Below, in pieces: positions 10,672 to 20,369 of a stretch of DNA of 64,000 nucleotides. Under the pieces are notes generated by a model. That model was given only the letters and a program-made list of their open reading frames with translations. It did not search any database and had not been told where the DNA came from. Source of the DNA: Flavobacteriales bacterium (lineage in GTDB: Bacteria; Bacteroidota; Bacteroidia; Flavobacteriales; UBA7312); the NCBI GenBank assembly GCA_049890295.1, contig JBMHBP010000004.1, positions 78,851 through 142,850 on the forward strand. The letters are read 5' to 3'. The position numbers and the translations under genes were made by a program. Numbering within the stretch: position 1 is the first letter of the stretch; each line of letters begins with the position of its first letter.

Positions 10672-11178
10672 TTAGAGTCCTAATTCTGCTTTGACTAGTG
10701 AAATAATATTTTCACTTTCATCAGCATATAAAAAACTACCAACACCTGAGTCAAAAACAAAGGTGTATTTTCCGTCTTTAGCCACTTTATCAATTGCAGT
10801 CATAGCTTTCTCACGGATAGGTGTAAATAGCTCGGCTTCTTTTTCGGAAAGCGATTGTTGTGCGTTCTTTTGAAACTCTATTACACGTTGTTGAATACTT
10901 TCGATTTCACGAATTTTATCTTCCTTGATGAGGTCGGTGTATGTCGTTTCATTTTGTTGGTATTCTACTACTTTCTTTTCGTATTCTGCTTGCATGGCAG
11001 TTAGCTGAGATTCTAAACCTTTTGCATAAGTTTGTAGCTCATCTTGCATGGCAATACTTTCTGGCATCATTGCCAACAATTCGTTAGAATTGAGATAACC
11101 GAATTTTTGTGCTTGTGCTGATAAAATCATCCCTAAACACAGTGAAAAAGTAATCAGTAATTTTTTCATTTTTTTCAT
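10672..11178 (-). CDS. skp: OmpH/Skp periplasmic chaperone
   Basis: Signal peptide, AQKFGY, long helical Q/E-rich body, AIDKVAK.GKYTFVFD; downstream of bamA. Confidence 0.9.
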   Translation of the reverse strand: MKKMKKLLITFSLCLGMILSAQAQKFGYLNSNELLAMMPESIAMQDELQTYAKGLESQLTAMQAEYEKKVVEYQQNETTYTDLIKEDKIREIESIQQRVIEFQKNAQQSLSEKEAELFTPIREKAMTAIDKVAKDGKYTFVFDSGVGSFLYADESENIISLVKAELGL

Positions 11179-11197
11179 TTTAAAATTAAATTAATTA

Positions 11198-11710
11198 TTA
11201 TTTATAGCCTAACATTTTAAGTATGTCATCGCTTTTATCAAGAGATGGATTACTAAATAACATTATCAAATTACTAGACTTGTCAAAGATAACATCATAT
11301 TTTTTTTCATTAGAAAAATCTTGAATAGCATTGAAAACTTTGTCTTGAATGGGCTTTACTAATTCTCTTCTTTTATTGTAAAGATCTCCCTCTGGACCGA
11401 AGCGTTTACGTTGCAGTTCTTTAGCATCTTTTTCTTTAACTATAATTTCACTCTCTCTTTTATTTTTCATTTCCTGAGTTAGTAAAATCTTATCAGCTTG
11501 ATACTTTTTATATAATTGATCGATTTGTTGATAGATAGCTTCTATTTCTTCTTGCCAATTTAATGATAGTTTTTCAAGCTGATCTTGTGCTGAGTTGTAT
11601 TCAGGTATTCGTTCTAGGATATAATCAGAGTCTACATAGGCAAATTTTTGAGCAAATGTGACCGATGCGGTTGACAGTAGTAAAGCGAAAATTAATGTGA
11701 GTTGTCTCAT
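11198..11710 (-). CDS. skp: OmpH/Skp periplasmic chaperone (second paralog)
   Basis: AQKFAYVDSDYIL, FGPEGDL..KR.ELVKPIQD, YDVIFDKS. Confidence 0.92.
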   Translation of the reverse strand: MRQLTLIFALLLSTASVTFAQKFAYVDSDYILERIPEYNSAQDQLEKLSLNWQEEIEAIYQQIDQLYKKYQADKILLTQEMKNKRESEIIVKEKDAKELQRKRFGPEGDLYNKRRELVKPIQDKVFNAIQDFSNEKKYDVIFDKSSNLIMLFSNPSLDKSDDILKMLGYK

Positions 11711-11722
11711 TATATATATAGT

Positions 11723-14182
11723 TTAAAATTGTTGGTTTATGGAAAAATGGAATTGACTACCATTGGCATTTGGATTTCCTGTAATATCATCAAAACCATA
11801 TCCCCAATCTACGCCCATTATACCCATCATTGGAATCATCATTCTTATTCCAAAACCTGCCGAACGCTTAACCTCGAATGGGTCAAAGGCATTAGCATCG
11901 TTCCAAGTATTACCAGCTTCCATAAAAGCTAGTGCATATATTGGAGACTGAGGGTTCAAGGATAACGCATATCTTAGCTCAAAAGTATATTTGTTATAGA
12001 TTGTAGCACCAAAACTAGGTGACAAGGAGTTATTTTCATATCCTCTCAAAGCTATGACTTCTCTACCGTCTAAAGAATAACCACCAATCCCATCTCCTCC
12101 TACGTAAAATCGTTCGAATTGAGATAGAGACTCTTCGCTATTATACTTTCCGATTATACCATACTCAAGGTTTGTTTTAAGTACTAATTTGTCGGTTAAA
12201 GCGGTAAACCAGTTTGAGCCAATATTCCACTTATGATACTCGACCCATTTACTCTCACTTTCGCTATTATTTTCAAATAAAGAGTAGGGCGGCGTCATTT
12301 GTATAGAAAGCTTCATGTTTGATCCTTTTCTGGGATAAGTAGGTTGATCTACTGAGTTTCTTCCTAATACAAAAGAATAGGACATATTGTAGTAGGTGCC
12401 ATCTACAAAGTTTCCAAATGAATAATTATCTACTTGATATTCTTTCAAACTAATATTTTGATAGAGAGTGAAATAATCATCAGGCCATTTTAATCGCTTT
12501 CCTAATCCAACCGAGGCACCTGTAACTTTAAAAGCACCTCTTTCTTCTTCATCTCTGTCTAGTCCATTTGTAGTAATGGAGTGATAGCCGCCAACGGTCA
12601 ATGAGTTTGGCTTTTTGCCTCCTAACCACGGTTCAGTAAATGAAATATTGTATGACTGAAAATAGCCGCCATTTGAGGAAGCGGACAGACTTAAACGTTG
12701 TCCATCTCCTGAGGGAAGTGGCAACCAAGCTTCTTTGTTGAATAGGTTTTTAGCAGAGAAATTGTTAAATGATACTCTGAACGTTCCTAAAATTCTATCA
12801 GCACCATATCCACCTTGAAGTTCAATTTGATCTGAAGATTTTTCCTCTACTATATAGTTTAAGTCAACTGTACCATCTTCTTGATTTGGTTGAACATCAA
12901 TATTTAGTTTTTCTGGGTCAAAGTAATTAAGCGTTGCCAATTCTCTTTGAGACCTCATGATATCAGTACGACTAAATAAGTCTCCAGGTTTTGTGCGAAT
13001 TTCACGCATGATAACATGGTCATTCGTTTTAGTATTTCCGCTAACAGATACTCGATTTACTCTGGCTTGTTGGCCTTCATAAATTCTAACTTCAATATCA
13101 ATAGTGTCGTTTCTGATTTCAGTTTCAATAGGTGTAACTCTAGAAAATAAGTAGCCATTATCTAAATAAATAGAATGAATATCTTTACTATCAGGACTGC
13201 CTATGATTCTATTTTCAAGAATACTCTGATCAAAAATATCGCCTTTTTCAATGCCAACAATTCCAGCAAGTTCTGTATTGGAATATTTTGTATTTCCAAC
13301 AAAGGAAATATCACCAAAATAATAGGTTTTGCCCTCGCTTATTTTAAGACTTATATCTAGTAAATTTTCTTCAGGATCAAACTGGATAGTGTCTTTTATA
13401 ATTTTAGCGTCACGAAGTCCTTTTTCATTATATCTAGAGATAACATTGAGTTTATCTTTTTTATAGGCTTCATCTAAAAATTTTGATGATTTGAACAGTC
13501 TGTAGAACTTTTTTTCTTTGGTGTCTTTAAGAAAACGTTTAAGTTTTTTATCTGCGAATACGGTATTTCCTTCAAACTTAATTTGCCTAATTTTAACTTT
13601 ATCTCCTTTGTCTATTTCAAGTGCTAAAATGACATGATTTCGTGTTAGTGTATCCTCAATTTCATATACGATTGTTGCCACATTCAAAAACCCTTTTTCT
13701 TTGAAATAGTCGGCAATGATATTTTTTGTATTGATGATAACATTTTGAGTAATAATTTTACCACGAGCTAATTTTATTTTTTCTCTAATAGCATCGATTT
13801 CTGATTTTTTAATGCCATCAAATTTAAATTTTGAAAGTCGTGGTCTTTCTTCTAAGAATAGGGTTAGGAATATAGCATTTCCCTGAATATTGTTGACACT
13901 AATTTGTATGTCAGAAAATAATCCTTGCTCCCATAAAATGCGTGTCGCTTTAGTGAGTTGATCGCCTGGAATAGTAATTTTTGAGCCGACTTTTAAATTT
14001 GAAATCTGAATTAAGGTCTTATGGTCTAAAAATTTAGTTCCTTCAATACTAATCCCGCCCAGTACAAACTCTTTGGGAGAAGAATAGTCAATCGTATTAT
14101 TTACATTCAAATTTATTTGTGCAAGGCTGACTTGCCAAAATAAAACGCTAAAAATTAAAAGTAAACGATTACGTCTAAGCAT
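11723..14182 (-). CDS. bamA: Outer membrane protein assembly factor BamA
   Basis: Repeated POTRA units (I.FEGN, VSGNTKT.D.VI.RE), FTEPW, loop-6 LRGYE, C-terminal FHFSINQQF. Start moved to 14182. Confidence 0.95.
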   Translation of the reverse strand: MLRRNRLLLIFSVLFWQVSLAQINLNVNNTIDYSSPKEFVLGGISIEGTKFLDHKTLIQISNLKVGSKITIPGDQLTKATRILWEQGLFSDIQISVNNIQGNAIFLTLFLEERPRLSKFKFDGIKKSEIDAIREKIKLARGKIITQNVIINTKNIIADYFKEKGFLNVATIVYEIEDTLTRNHVILALEIDKGDKVKIRQIKFEGNTVFADKKLKRFLKDTKEKKFYRLFKSSKFLDEAYKKDKLNVISRYNEKGLRDAKIIKDTIQFDPEENLLDISLKISEGKTYYFGDISFVGNTKYSNTELAGIVGIEKGDIFDQSILENRIIGSPDSKDIHSIYLDNGYLFSRVTPIETEIRNDTIDIEVRIYEGQQARVNRVSVSGNTKTNDHVIMREIRTKPGDLFSRTDIMRSQRELATLNYFDPEKLNIDVQPNQEDGTVDLNYIVEEKSSDQIELQGGYGADRILGTFRVSFNNFSAKNLFNKEAWLPLPSGDGQRLSLSASSNGGYFQSYNISFTEPWLGGKKPNSLTVGGYHSITTNGLDRDEEERGAFKVTGASVGLGKRLKWPDDYFTLYQNISLKEYQVDNYSFGNFVDGTYYNMSYSFVLGRNSVDQPTYPRKGSNMKLSIQMTPPYSLFENNSESESKWVEYHKWNIGSNWFTALTDKLVLKTNLEYGIIGKYNSEESLSQFERFYVGGDGIGGYSLDGREVIALRGYENNSLSPSFGATIYNKYTFELRYALSLNPQSPIYALAFMEAGNTWNDANAFDPFEVKRSAGFGIRMMIPMMGIMGVDWGYGFDDITGNPNANGSQFHFSINQQF

Positions 14183-14927
14183 TTTCTTTTTCAATTTGTT
14201 CACTTGTTTTTCCAAATCGTCTCTCTCTAGATTGAAAATTTATAATAGCTTCATACAGATGCTCACGTCTGAAATCTGGCCATAACACATTTGTAAAATA
14301 TAATTCGGAATAGGCAATTTGCCAAAGAAGAAAATTACTTATTCGTTGTTCGCCACTTGTTCTTATTAACAGTTCTGGATCTGGAATATTGTTGGTGTAT
14401 AAGTGATTTTTTATACAGTTTTCATTTATCTGTTCATCTGTTAATTCACCTTTAAGCCGTTTTTGAACTATTTGTTGTACGGCTTGTGTGATTTCATTCT
14501 TAGAACTGTAGCTAAGTGCTAAAACTAATGTCATCTGAGTATTAGTTTCAGTAGTTTCGATAGCCTTGTTGAGATTATTCAAACAGTTATTAGGCAGTTC
14601 ACTCAAATTACCAATTGCACAAAGTCGAATATTATTATCCATCAGTGTTTTTGTCTCCTTCGTAATAGTATTAACCAAGAGTTCCATCAAGGCATTTATC
14701 TCTGACTTTGGTCTATTCCAATTTTCTGATGAAAATGCATACAGGGTAAGGTAATTTAGACCTAATTCTGCGGCTCCTTCTACGGTGTCTCTGACAGCCT
14801 TGACACCTACTTTGTGGCCGAATACTCTAATTTTAGAATGTTGTTTGGCCCAACGACCATTACCGTCCATAATAATGGCGATATGTTTAGGTAAAGTAGC
14901 AGTGTTAATGTCGGTCTTATTTGGCAT
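14175..14927 (-). CDS. uppS: Undecaprenyl diphosphate synthase
   Basis: HIAIIMDGNGRWA, FSSENW.RP, IRTSGE.RISNFLLWQ.AYSE, RRFG. Confidence 0.97.
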   Translation of the reverse strand: MPNKTDINTATLPKHIAIIMDGNGRWAKQHSKIRVFGHKVGVKAVRDTVEGAAELGLNYLTLYAFSSENWNRPKSEINALMELLVNTITKETKTLMDNNIRLCAIGNLSELPNNCLNNLNKAIETTETNTQMTLVLALSYSSKNEITQAVQQIVQKRLKGELTDEQINENCIKNHLYTNNIPDPELLIRTSGEQRISNFLLWQIAYSELYFTNVLWPDFRREHLYEAIINFQSRERRFGKTSEQIEKENA

Positions 14928-14930
14928 CTA

Positions 14931-15842
14931 TTAGTATTGACAGACTTTAGATTTGCTATAAATTCGGTATGATAGGGTAAATCCTGCGAAATAATACCAA
15001 TCTGTCCAATTGTTTTCATTGGCTCTTATTCTATTGGCATTACCTGTCCAAGTAGAAATATCTGCCCCTGGATTAGCAGCTAGGTAGTTTTGCAGGTCGA
15101 TGCTTCTGTCAGATAAATTTGCTGCATCTTCATTTTCCATAACAAGATATTGAGGGTTGGCATATAAACCGCCCACATCATCTAAATAATCCGTAAATAT
15201 TTTTCTGAATCCATATTCTAATGAAAGGCTAAAGCTTTTACCAATACTAGCTTTTAGCCCAACACCTAGAGGAATTGCAACTTGTATAAGTTGGTAGGGG
15301 TCTTTTTCTGGATATCTGGTTGAAAATTGACCTTCGGTTCCTAATGGTTGCAAGTCAAGCCATGGGTTATTTGATGCGTCTCCATCGTTGTCAAAAGGAT
15401 TTTCTGTATCCATTTTTCTGGCTTGTGGGTTAAAATTGAATAACGAAAAACCAGAAAATATGTAGGGTGTAAATGGGTAACGTCTATTGCCGGTTTCGTA
15501 GGGGAAAAAGTTAAATTCAATCATTCCGCCTACTTCATAAATCGGTGATTTAAAATGTAAGTTTCTATTAAATTTTGCAGTATCAATTTGATTGAGTTTA
15601 TCACTTCCCCTCAATTCGCCGATAGAAAAACTTCCTCGAACAGCAAATCGTCTGTTGAGATTAGTTTTGTATTGAATAGCACTCGCTGGTCTTGCCAACC
15701 TGAAATGTATGTCGTTTAAATCACCCATATAATAAGATGTTCCTAACATTAGGCCTAACTCAGAGTATGGGTCTATGGATTGGGATTTAGTATTACTACA
15801 GAAAAATAATACTACTGCAAAAAATAAAATTAGTCTTTTCAT
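14931..15842 (-). CDS. porG: DUF6089/PorG-like outer-membrane beta-barrel protein
   Basis: Signal peptide, G.SYY.GDL, RNL.FKS, LQPLGTEGQ, FTDYLDD, DWYYFAG.TLSY; sits between nadK and uppS as is usual in Bacteroidota. Confidence 0.65.
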   Translation of the reverse strand: MKRLILFFAVVLFFCSNTKSQSIDPYSELGLMLGTSYYMGDLNDIHFRLARPASAIQYKTNLNRRFAVRGSFSIGELRGSDKLNQIDTAKFNRNLHFKSPIYEVGGMIEFNFFPYETGNRRYPFTPYIFSGFSLFNFNPQARKMDTENPFDNDGDASNNPWLDLQPLGTEGQFSTRYPEKDPYQLIQVAIPLGVGLKASIGKSFSLSLEYGFRKIFTDYLDDVGGLYANPQYLVMENEDAANLSDRSIDLQNYLAANPGADISTWTGNANRIRANENNWTDWYYFAGFTLSYRIYSKSKVCQY

Positions 15843-15874
15843 TAATAAATGAGTTACCTACTAAATGTAACGCA

Positions 15875-15882
15875 CAAATATA
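15875..15882 (-). promoter_or_regulatory. Internal -7 element upstream of the porG-like gene, uppS and bamA
   Basis: TATATTTG on the minus strand in the nadK/porG-like gap. Confidence 0.55.
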
Positions 15883-15903
15883 GGTATTTATGATAAAATA
15901 GAA

Positions 15904-16779
15904 TTAGTTTCTCTTATCCTTACCCCACATTAGTTTTTCTCTTATGGTCGAAATAAAAGATTGTTTGTCAAACTGTATTAATTTTGCAGTGTAATCTGCT
16001 TTTTTTATGCATAGTTCTAACTCTGGGCCTATGGCTCTTGAACGGCTATCTAAGGTAACTAATGCTAATTCATCCTTTTCAGAAACTTTAAGTGTAATTT
16101 TAGACTCATCTGATACGATAATTGGTCGTACGTTGAGGTTGTGTGGAGCAATTGGAGTGATAATGAAGTTATTAGTTCCAGGCAGAACAATAGGGCCTCC
16201 ACAGCTCAAGGAATAACCTGTTGAGCCTGTTGGGGTAGAAATAATTAAGCCATCTGCCCAGTAGGTATTAATAAATTCATCGTCTAAATAGGCGTGTACT
16301 CGTATCATTGATGAGGTATCTTTTTTTAAAATAGCTACCTCATTTAATGCAAAATTAGACTTACCAAATAAATTATTATCACTTTTCAGTTGTAATAGTG
16401 TTCTGTTTTTAATGCTGTATTCACCTTTCAAAAGATGTGTTATAGCGTATTCTATTTGGTCTGTTGATACGCTCGAAATAAATCCTAAGGTGCCAGTATT
16501 AATACCTAATATTGGAATATTAGAGTCTCTGACTAATGTGATGGCTCCTAGTAAGGTGCCGTCACCGCCTATACTCAATAGTATATCGGCTTTTTCTTTT
16601 AATTCGTTAGAGCTATTAAAAGTAGGAATTTCATGCTTAAGTTTAATATTTTTTAATTGTTCATTAAACTGACTTTCTACAATTAATTCAACCTTTTCTT
16701 GTTCAAGTTTGTTAATTAAATGCTGAACATATTTTGCTTTGCTTTCATTAAATGTGCTGCCATATAAAGCTATTCTCAT
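15904..16779 (-). CDS. nadK: NAD kinase
   Basis: GGDGT, LNE, DGLIISTPTGSTGYSLSCGGP. Start moved to ATG 16779. Confidence 0.96.
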   Translation of the reverse strand: MRIALYGSTFNESKAKYVQHLINKLEQEKVELIVESQFNEQLKNIKLKHEIPTFNSSNELKEKADILLSIGGDGTLLGAITLVRDSNIPILGINTGTLGFISSVSTDQIEYAITHLLKGEYSIKNRTLLQLKSDNNLFGKSNFALNEVAILKKDTSSMIRVHAYLDDEFINTYWADGLIISTPTGSTGYSLSCGGPIVLPGTNNFIITPIAPHNLNVRPIIVSDESKITLKVSEKDELALVTLDSRSRAIGPELELCIKKADYTAKLIQFDKQSFISTIREKLMWGKDKRN

Positions 16780-16781
16780 GC

Positions 16782-18176
16782 TTAAAACGGATTTGAAAAA
16801 TGTATAAAAAAGCCCCATTCGTTTAAATGGTTACGGCTATATTCAAGTCGTAATAATTTATCGTAATAGGTAACTATATCTAAACTTACTCCTTGACTAA
16901 AAAGAAAAAGGTTGTTCAGTGGATTGTCAACTTCAGTTATATGCTGTTTTGATTGGTCAATTACCTTTCCCATATCTGCAAATATACTTAAGTAAACAGA
17001 ATAAAAAGATTTATTGAACTCTTCTCGCTTGAAATAAGGCAATTGTAAAAGTGTTTTTGGAATTAACTCGTACTTTATGGCTGACTTGCTTATTCCAAAG
17101 TGTTGCCCATCTATTACATAATACTCATACCCTCTTAAATAATCTTCAAAACCTAAAGATTCATTTAAGATGTAGGGTAAATCAGAATTACTCTGGTATT
17201 TAAATTTTAAACTAGACCCAAAAAACAAGCGAGGGGAGAGATTGAAATGGTGTTCGGTTTTTCCACTTAAACTTATGTTGTTAAATTCATTACTTATGCC
17301 ATTATATAAACTAAGAATAAGCTCATTGAAATTCCCTTTGGTAGGGTAGCTTACGGAATTTCTTTTTTCATTCTCATAATGATAATCCAGTTGTGAATAT
17401 TGAAATGTAGACCTTTGATTTGGTAAAAAATTAGTATTCAAAGACAAGATGTCTTCTGGACATTTTATCGTTGAGTGTTTAATGTTTAACCGATGTGTTG
17501 TGTTTAATTTGTTTTTGTATTGTAATGTAAAAATGATATTGTTATTTTTCAAATAATCATTGTCAACACTTGTGTAAAGAAGTTTGTTATTTTTAGTATT
17601 GTAATGAAATTGTCTCATTCGAAAAAGCTCATAAATAAATATGGCTCCTAATGTTTTCGATCGATTAATGTAGGGTATGTCATATTCAAATAAATAATGT
17701 TCTTTGTAGCCTTTACGAAATTTGATTTTAAGTAACTCATTTCGACCTCTGAAATTATACCAGTTCAAAAAGACACCATAATTTATTCTAGAGTAGTCAG
17801 TAAAATTGGAGGCTTTTAAGCTATCCCAAAAAACATTAAAATTTCGCTCTGATATTTCCAGAATTGGGTAGGGCCATACATACCACCTTTCTACAACTTT
17901 AATATTTAGGTCAATAGAATAATTTTTAATTATTGGAATAAAATCTATAAAATTAAATAACCATTGACTGCTTATATTTAATTCGCTTTGATTTAACTTA
18001 GAATAAAACTCCTCTAAACTCAGTGTATCGCCAATTTCAAAAGCTAATTCTCTTAGAATAGTTTGTTCTTTAGTGGTTTTGTTGCCCTCAATATTAATTG
18101 AGTTAATGGTAAAGCTTTGTTGAGCATTCAGCAGCTGAACAAAAGCAAAAAATATAAAAATGAAATAAAATCGCAT
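16782..18176 (-). CDS. Single-POTRA Omp85-like outer membrane protein
   Basis: Signal peptide, one POTRA (INIEGNKTTKEQTILREL), YPTKG, LRGYEYY, C-terminal aromatic strand ending in F. Confidence 0.75.
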   Translation of the reverse strand: MRFYFIFIFFAFVQLLNAQQSFTINSINIEGNKTTKEQTILRELAFEIGDTLSLEEFYSKLNQSELNISSQWLFNFIDFIPIIKNYSIDLNIKVVERWYVWPYPILEISERNFNVFWDSLKASNFTDYSRINYGVFLNWYNFRGRNELLKIKFRKGYKEHYLFEYDIPYINRSKTLGAIFIYELFRMRQFHYNTKNNKLLYTSVDNDYLKNNNIIFTLQYKNKLNTTHRLNIKHSTIKCPEDILSLNTNFLPNQRSTFQYSQLDYHYENEKRNSVSYPTKGNFNELILSLYNGISNEFNNISLSGKTEHHFNLSPRLFFGSSLKFKYQSNSDLPYILNESLGFEDYLRGYEYYVIDGQHFGISKSAIKYELIPKTLLQLPYFKREEFNKSFYSVYLSIFADMGKVIDQSKQHITEVDNPLNNLFLFSQGVSLDIVTYYDKLLRLEYSRNHLNEWGFFIHFSNPF

Positions 18177-18835
18177 TATGGGTTGAGGTACCTCATTAGA
18201 GAATCATATCTATCAGAAAGAGAATCGTTAGTTTCAGAATAATTATATGAGGCAAACACCGTATAATTAAATCTTTCAAAAGTCTGTATGATGGGAGCTA
18301 TATCTATAATATTTAATTTTATAGTAAGTTTTATGATATCATTATCATCTACGTCGGTAACAAAAGCACTAAGTATTTTGGCGTTATTCCCTTCAATAAT
18401 CTGAGAAATTTCACTCATGGAATAATCCATTTTTTTCATTTTTAAAACTATGACTCCACCACTTTCTTGAATGGCAGAAATCGACGCTAATGCACTTACT
18501 AAAGACTGCCGACTTATTGAGCCAATATATTTTTCTTTTGCTAGTATTGGTAATAAAGATAAATTATGACGATTCATGTAATTAATAATTTCAAAAATGT
18601 CTCTTTCTGCCTGTTCAAAGTTTAGTTCTAATTTATCTGCGACTGTACTTATGTCATTATTTTGGTCATGCATATTCCAAATCAACTCTTCAGAGAGAAG
18701 TCCTTTCAGCGAATTATTTTCTACTACTGCTAGATGTGAAAGGTGAAATTCCTGCATTAAAGAAAGGGCTTCTAAGCCAGAATTACTGAGTCTAAGAGTA
18801 GGAATATCTTTAGTTATGAGTTTTTCAGAATTCAT
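18176..18835 (-). CDS. CBS-pair protein with C-terminal ACT-like domain
   Basis: Two CBS repeats (HLAVV..GLLSE; LLPIL..GSIS), then DYSMSEISQIIE.NNAKIL. Start moved to 18835 because a -7 element (TAAGTTTG, 18845-18852) overlaps the track start. Confidence 0.85.
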   Translation of the reverse strand: MNSEKLITKDIPTLRLSNSGLEALSLMQEFHLSHLAVVENNSLKGLLSEELIWNMHDQNNDISTVADKLELNFEQAERDIFEIINYMNRHNLSLLPILAKEKYIGSISRQSLVSALASISAIQESGGVIVLKMKKMDYSMSEISQIIEGNNAKILSAFVTDVDDNDIIKLTIKLNIIDIAPIIQTFERFNYTVFASYNYSETNDSLSDRYDSLMRYLNP

Positions 18836-18892
18836 ATAAGATGACAAACTTAGTATTTTTACCTTTGTATTGCTTTAAAAATATAAAATTCC

Positions 18893-19606
18893 ATGACAAA
18901 ATTAAGTGTCAATATAAATAAAATAGCAACTATTAGAAATGCTAGAGGTGGGCAGTTGCCAAATGTTACTTTAGCTGCTCAACGCTGTGAAGCGTTTGGG
19001 GCGGACGGCATTACTGTTCATCCAAGACCTGATGGTCGCCATATTACTTATACTGATGTACGAGAAATAGCAAAAATAGTTACTACTGAGTTTAATATTG
19101 AAGGCTTTCCTTCCAATGATTTTATACAGTTAATACATGAAGTCAAACCACACCAGGTTACTTTAGTGCCAGACCCGCCTGATGCTATTACATCCAACGC
19201 TGGTTGGGATACAATCAAACACCATGATTTTCTGCTTGATATACTTAAGGAGTTTAAACAAGCAGGTATTAGAACATCTTTATTTCTTGATACGAATTTA
19301 AAGTATATTGAGTCGGCAGCACATCTGCAATGTGATCGAATTGAATTATATACCGAAAACTATGCGGTTTTATTTCCCAAGAACAAAAAAGATAGCATAC
19401 AGCCATACATTGATGCCGCCCAACTTGCTCATCAGCTTGGATTTGGCCTCAATGCTGGTCACGATCTAAACCTTCATAATTTGAGTTATTTTAAGAAACA
19501 TATACCGTTTCTTGAAGAAGTTTCAATTGGACATGCTTTAATTTCTGACGCTTTGTACTTAGGTCTTGAGGAAACTATTCGTCAATATAAACAGTGTTTA
19601 AGGTAA
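18893..19606 (+). CDS. pdxJ: Pyridoxine 5'-phosphate synthase
   Basis: [38 protein letters not shown]; -7 element TACCTTTG at 18860-18867. Confidence 0.97.
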   Translation: MTKLSVNINKIATIRNARGGQLPNVTLAAQRCEAFGADGITVHPRPDGRHITYTDVREIAKIVTTEFNIEGFPSNDFIQLIHEVKPHQVTLVPDPPDAITSNAGWDTIKHHDFLLDILKEFKQAGIRTSLFLDTNLKYIESAAHLQCDRIELYTENYAVLFPKNKKDSIQPYIDAAQLAHQLGFGLNAGHDLNLHNLSYFKKHIPFLEEVSIGHALISDALYLGLEETIRQYKQCLR

Positions 19607-20367
19607 TGAGTTTATATTCCACTATTTATGGAAAGGGTCAGCCAATGGTTATAGTTCATGGCCTTTTTGGCATGTCCGACAACTGGACAACCATAGCTAA
19701 GCAATTTGCTGATTACTTTGAAGTACATATTTTAGATTTACCAAACCATGGTCGTTCGCCTCACACTAATGAGTTTAATTATAACAGTCTTTCACAAGCT
19801 GTTAAACAGTATTTTATAGAACATTCATTAGAACATTCATTACTTATCGGTCACTCTTTAGGGGGTAAAACTGCCATGCAACTAGCTACTTCAGAGCCAG
19901 AATTAATCTCTAAACTTATAGTTGTAGATATAAGCCCCCGTTTTTACCCCATTCATCATGATAAAATCTTGAAAGGCTTAAATGCAGTCGATTTATTAAA
20001 AATTAGTTCTAGACTAGAAGCAGAAAAACGTTTAGCTGAACATATAAGTGAATTAGACGTAAGGCAATTTTTGCTTAAAAGTATGTATTGGAAAGAAAAA
20101 GGAAAACTAGATTTTAGATTTAACCTTCCTGTAATTACAAAAAATATAGCTAATGTTGGGGAAGAATTGGGTCATAATAATTGTTTTATAAAACCGACCT
20201 TATTTTTAAAAGGTGAACTATCTAACTACATTAGTGAAGATGATGAAGATCTAATCTTTCACCATTTTCCAAAAGCAGAAATAGAGGTGATTTCCGGTTC
20301 GGGGCATTGGCTACATGCTGAAAATCCCAGTCAGTTTGTCGATGAGGTGATGCGGTTCAGTTTATAA
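19606..20367 (+). CDS. Alpha/beta hydrolase (YbfF/ABHD11-like esterase)
   Basis: HGLFG..DNW, D..NHGRS, GHSLGG nucleophile elbow, GHWLHAE; TAATG coupling to pdxJ. Confidence 0.9.
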   Translation: MSLYSTIYGKGQPMVIVHGLFGMSDNWTTIAKQFADYFEVHILDLPNHGRSPHTNEFNYNSLSQAVKQYFIEHSLEHSLLIGHSLGGKTAMQLATSEPELISKLIVVDISPRFYPIHHDKILKGLNAVDLLKISSRLEAEKRLAEHISELDVRQFLLKSMYWKEKGKLDFRFNLPVITKNIANVGEELGHNNCFIKPTLFLKGELSNYISEDDEDLIFHHFPKAEIEVISGSGHWLHAENPSQFVDEVMRFSL

Positions 20368-20369
20368 TC

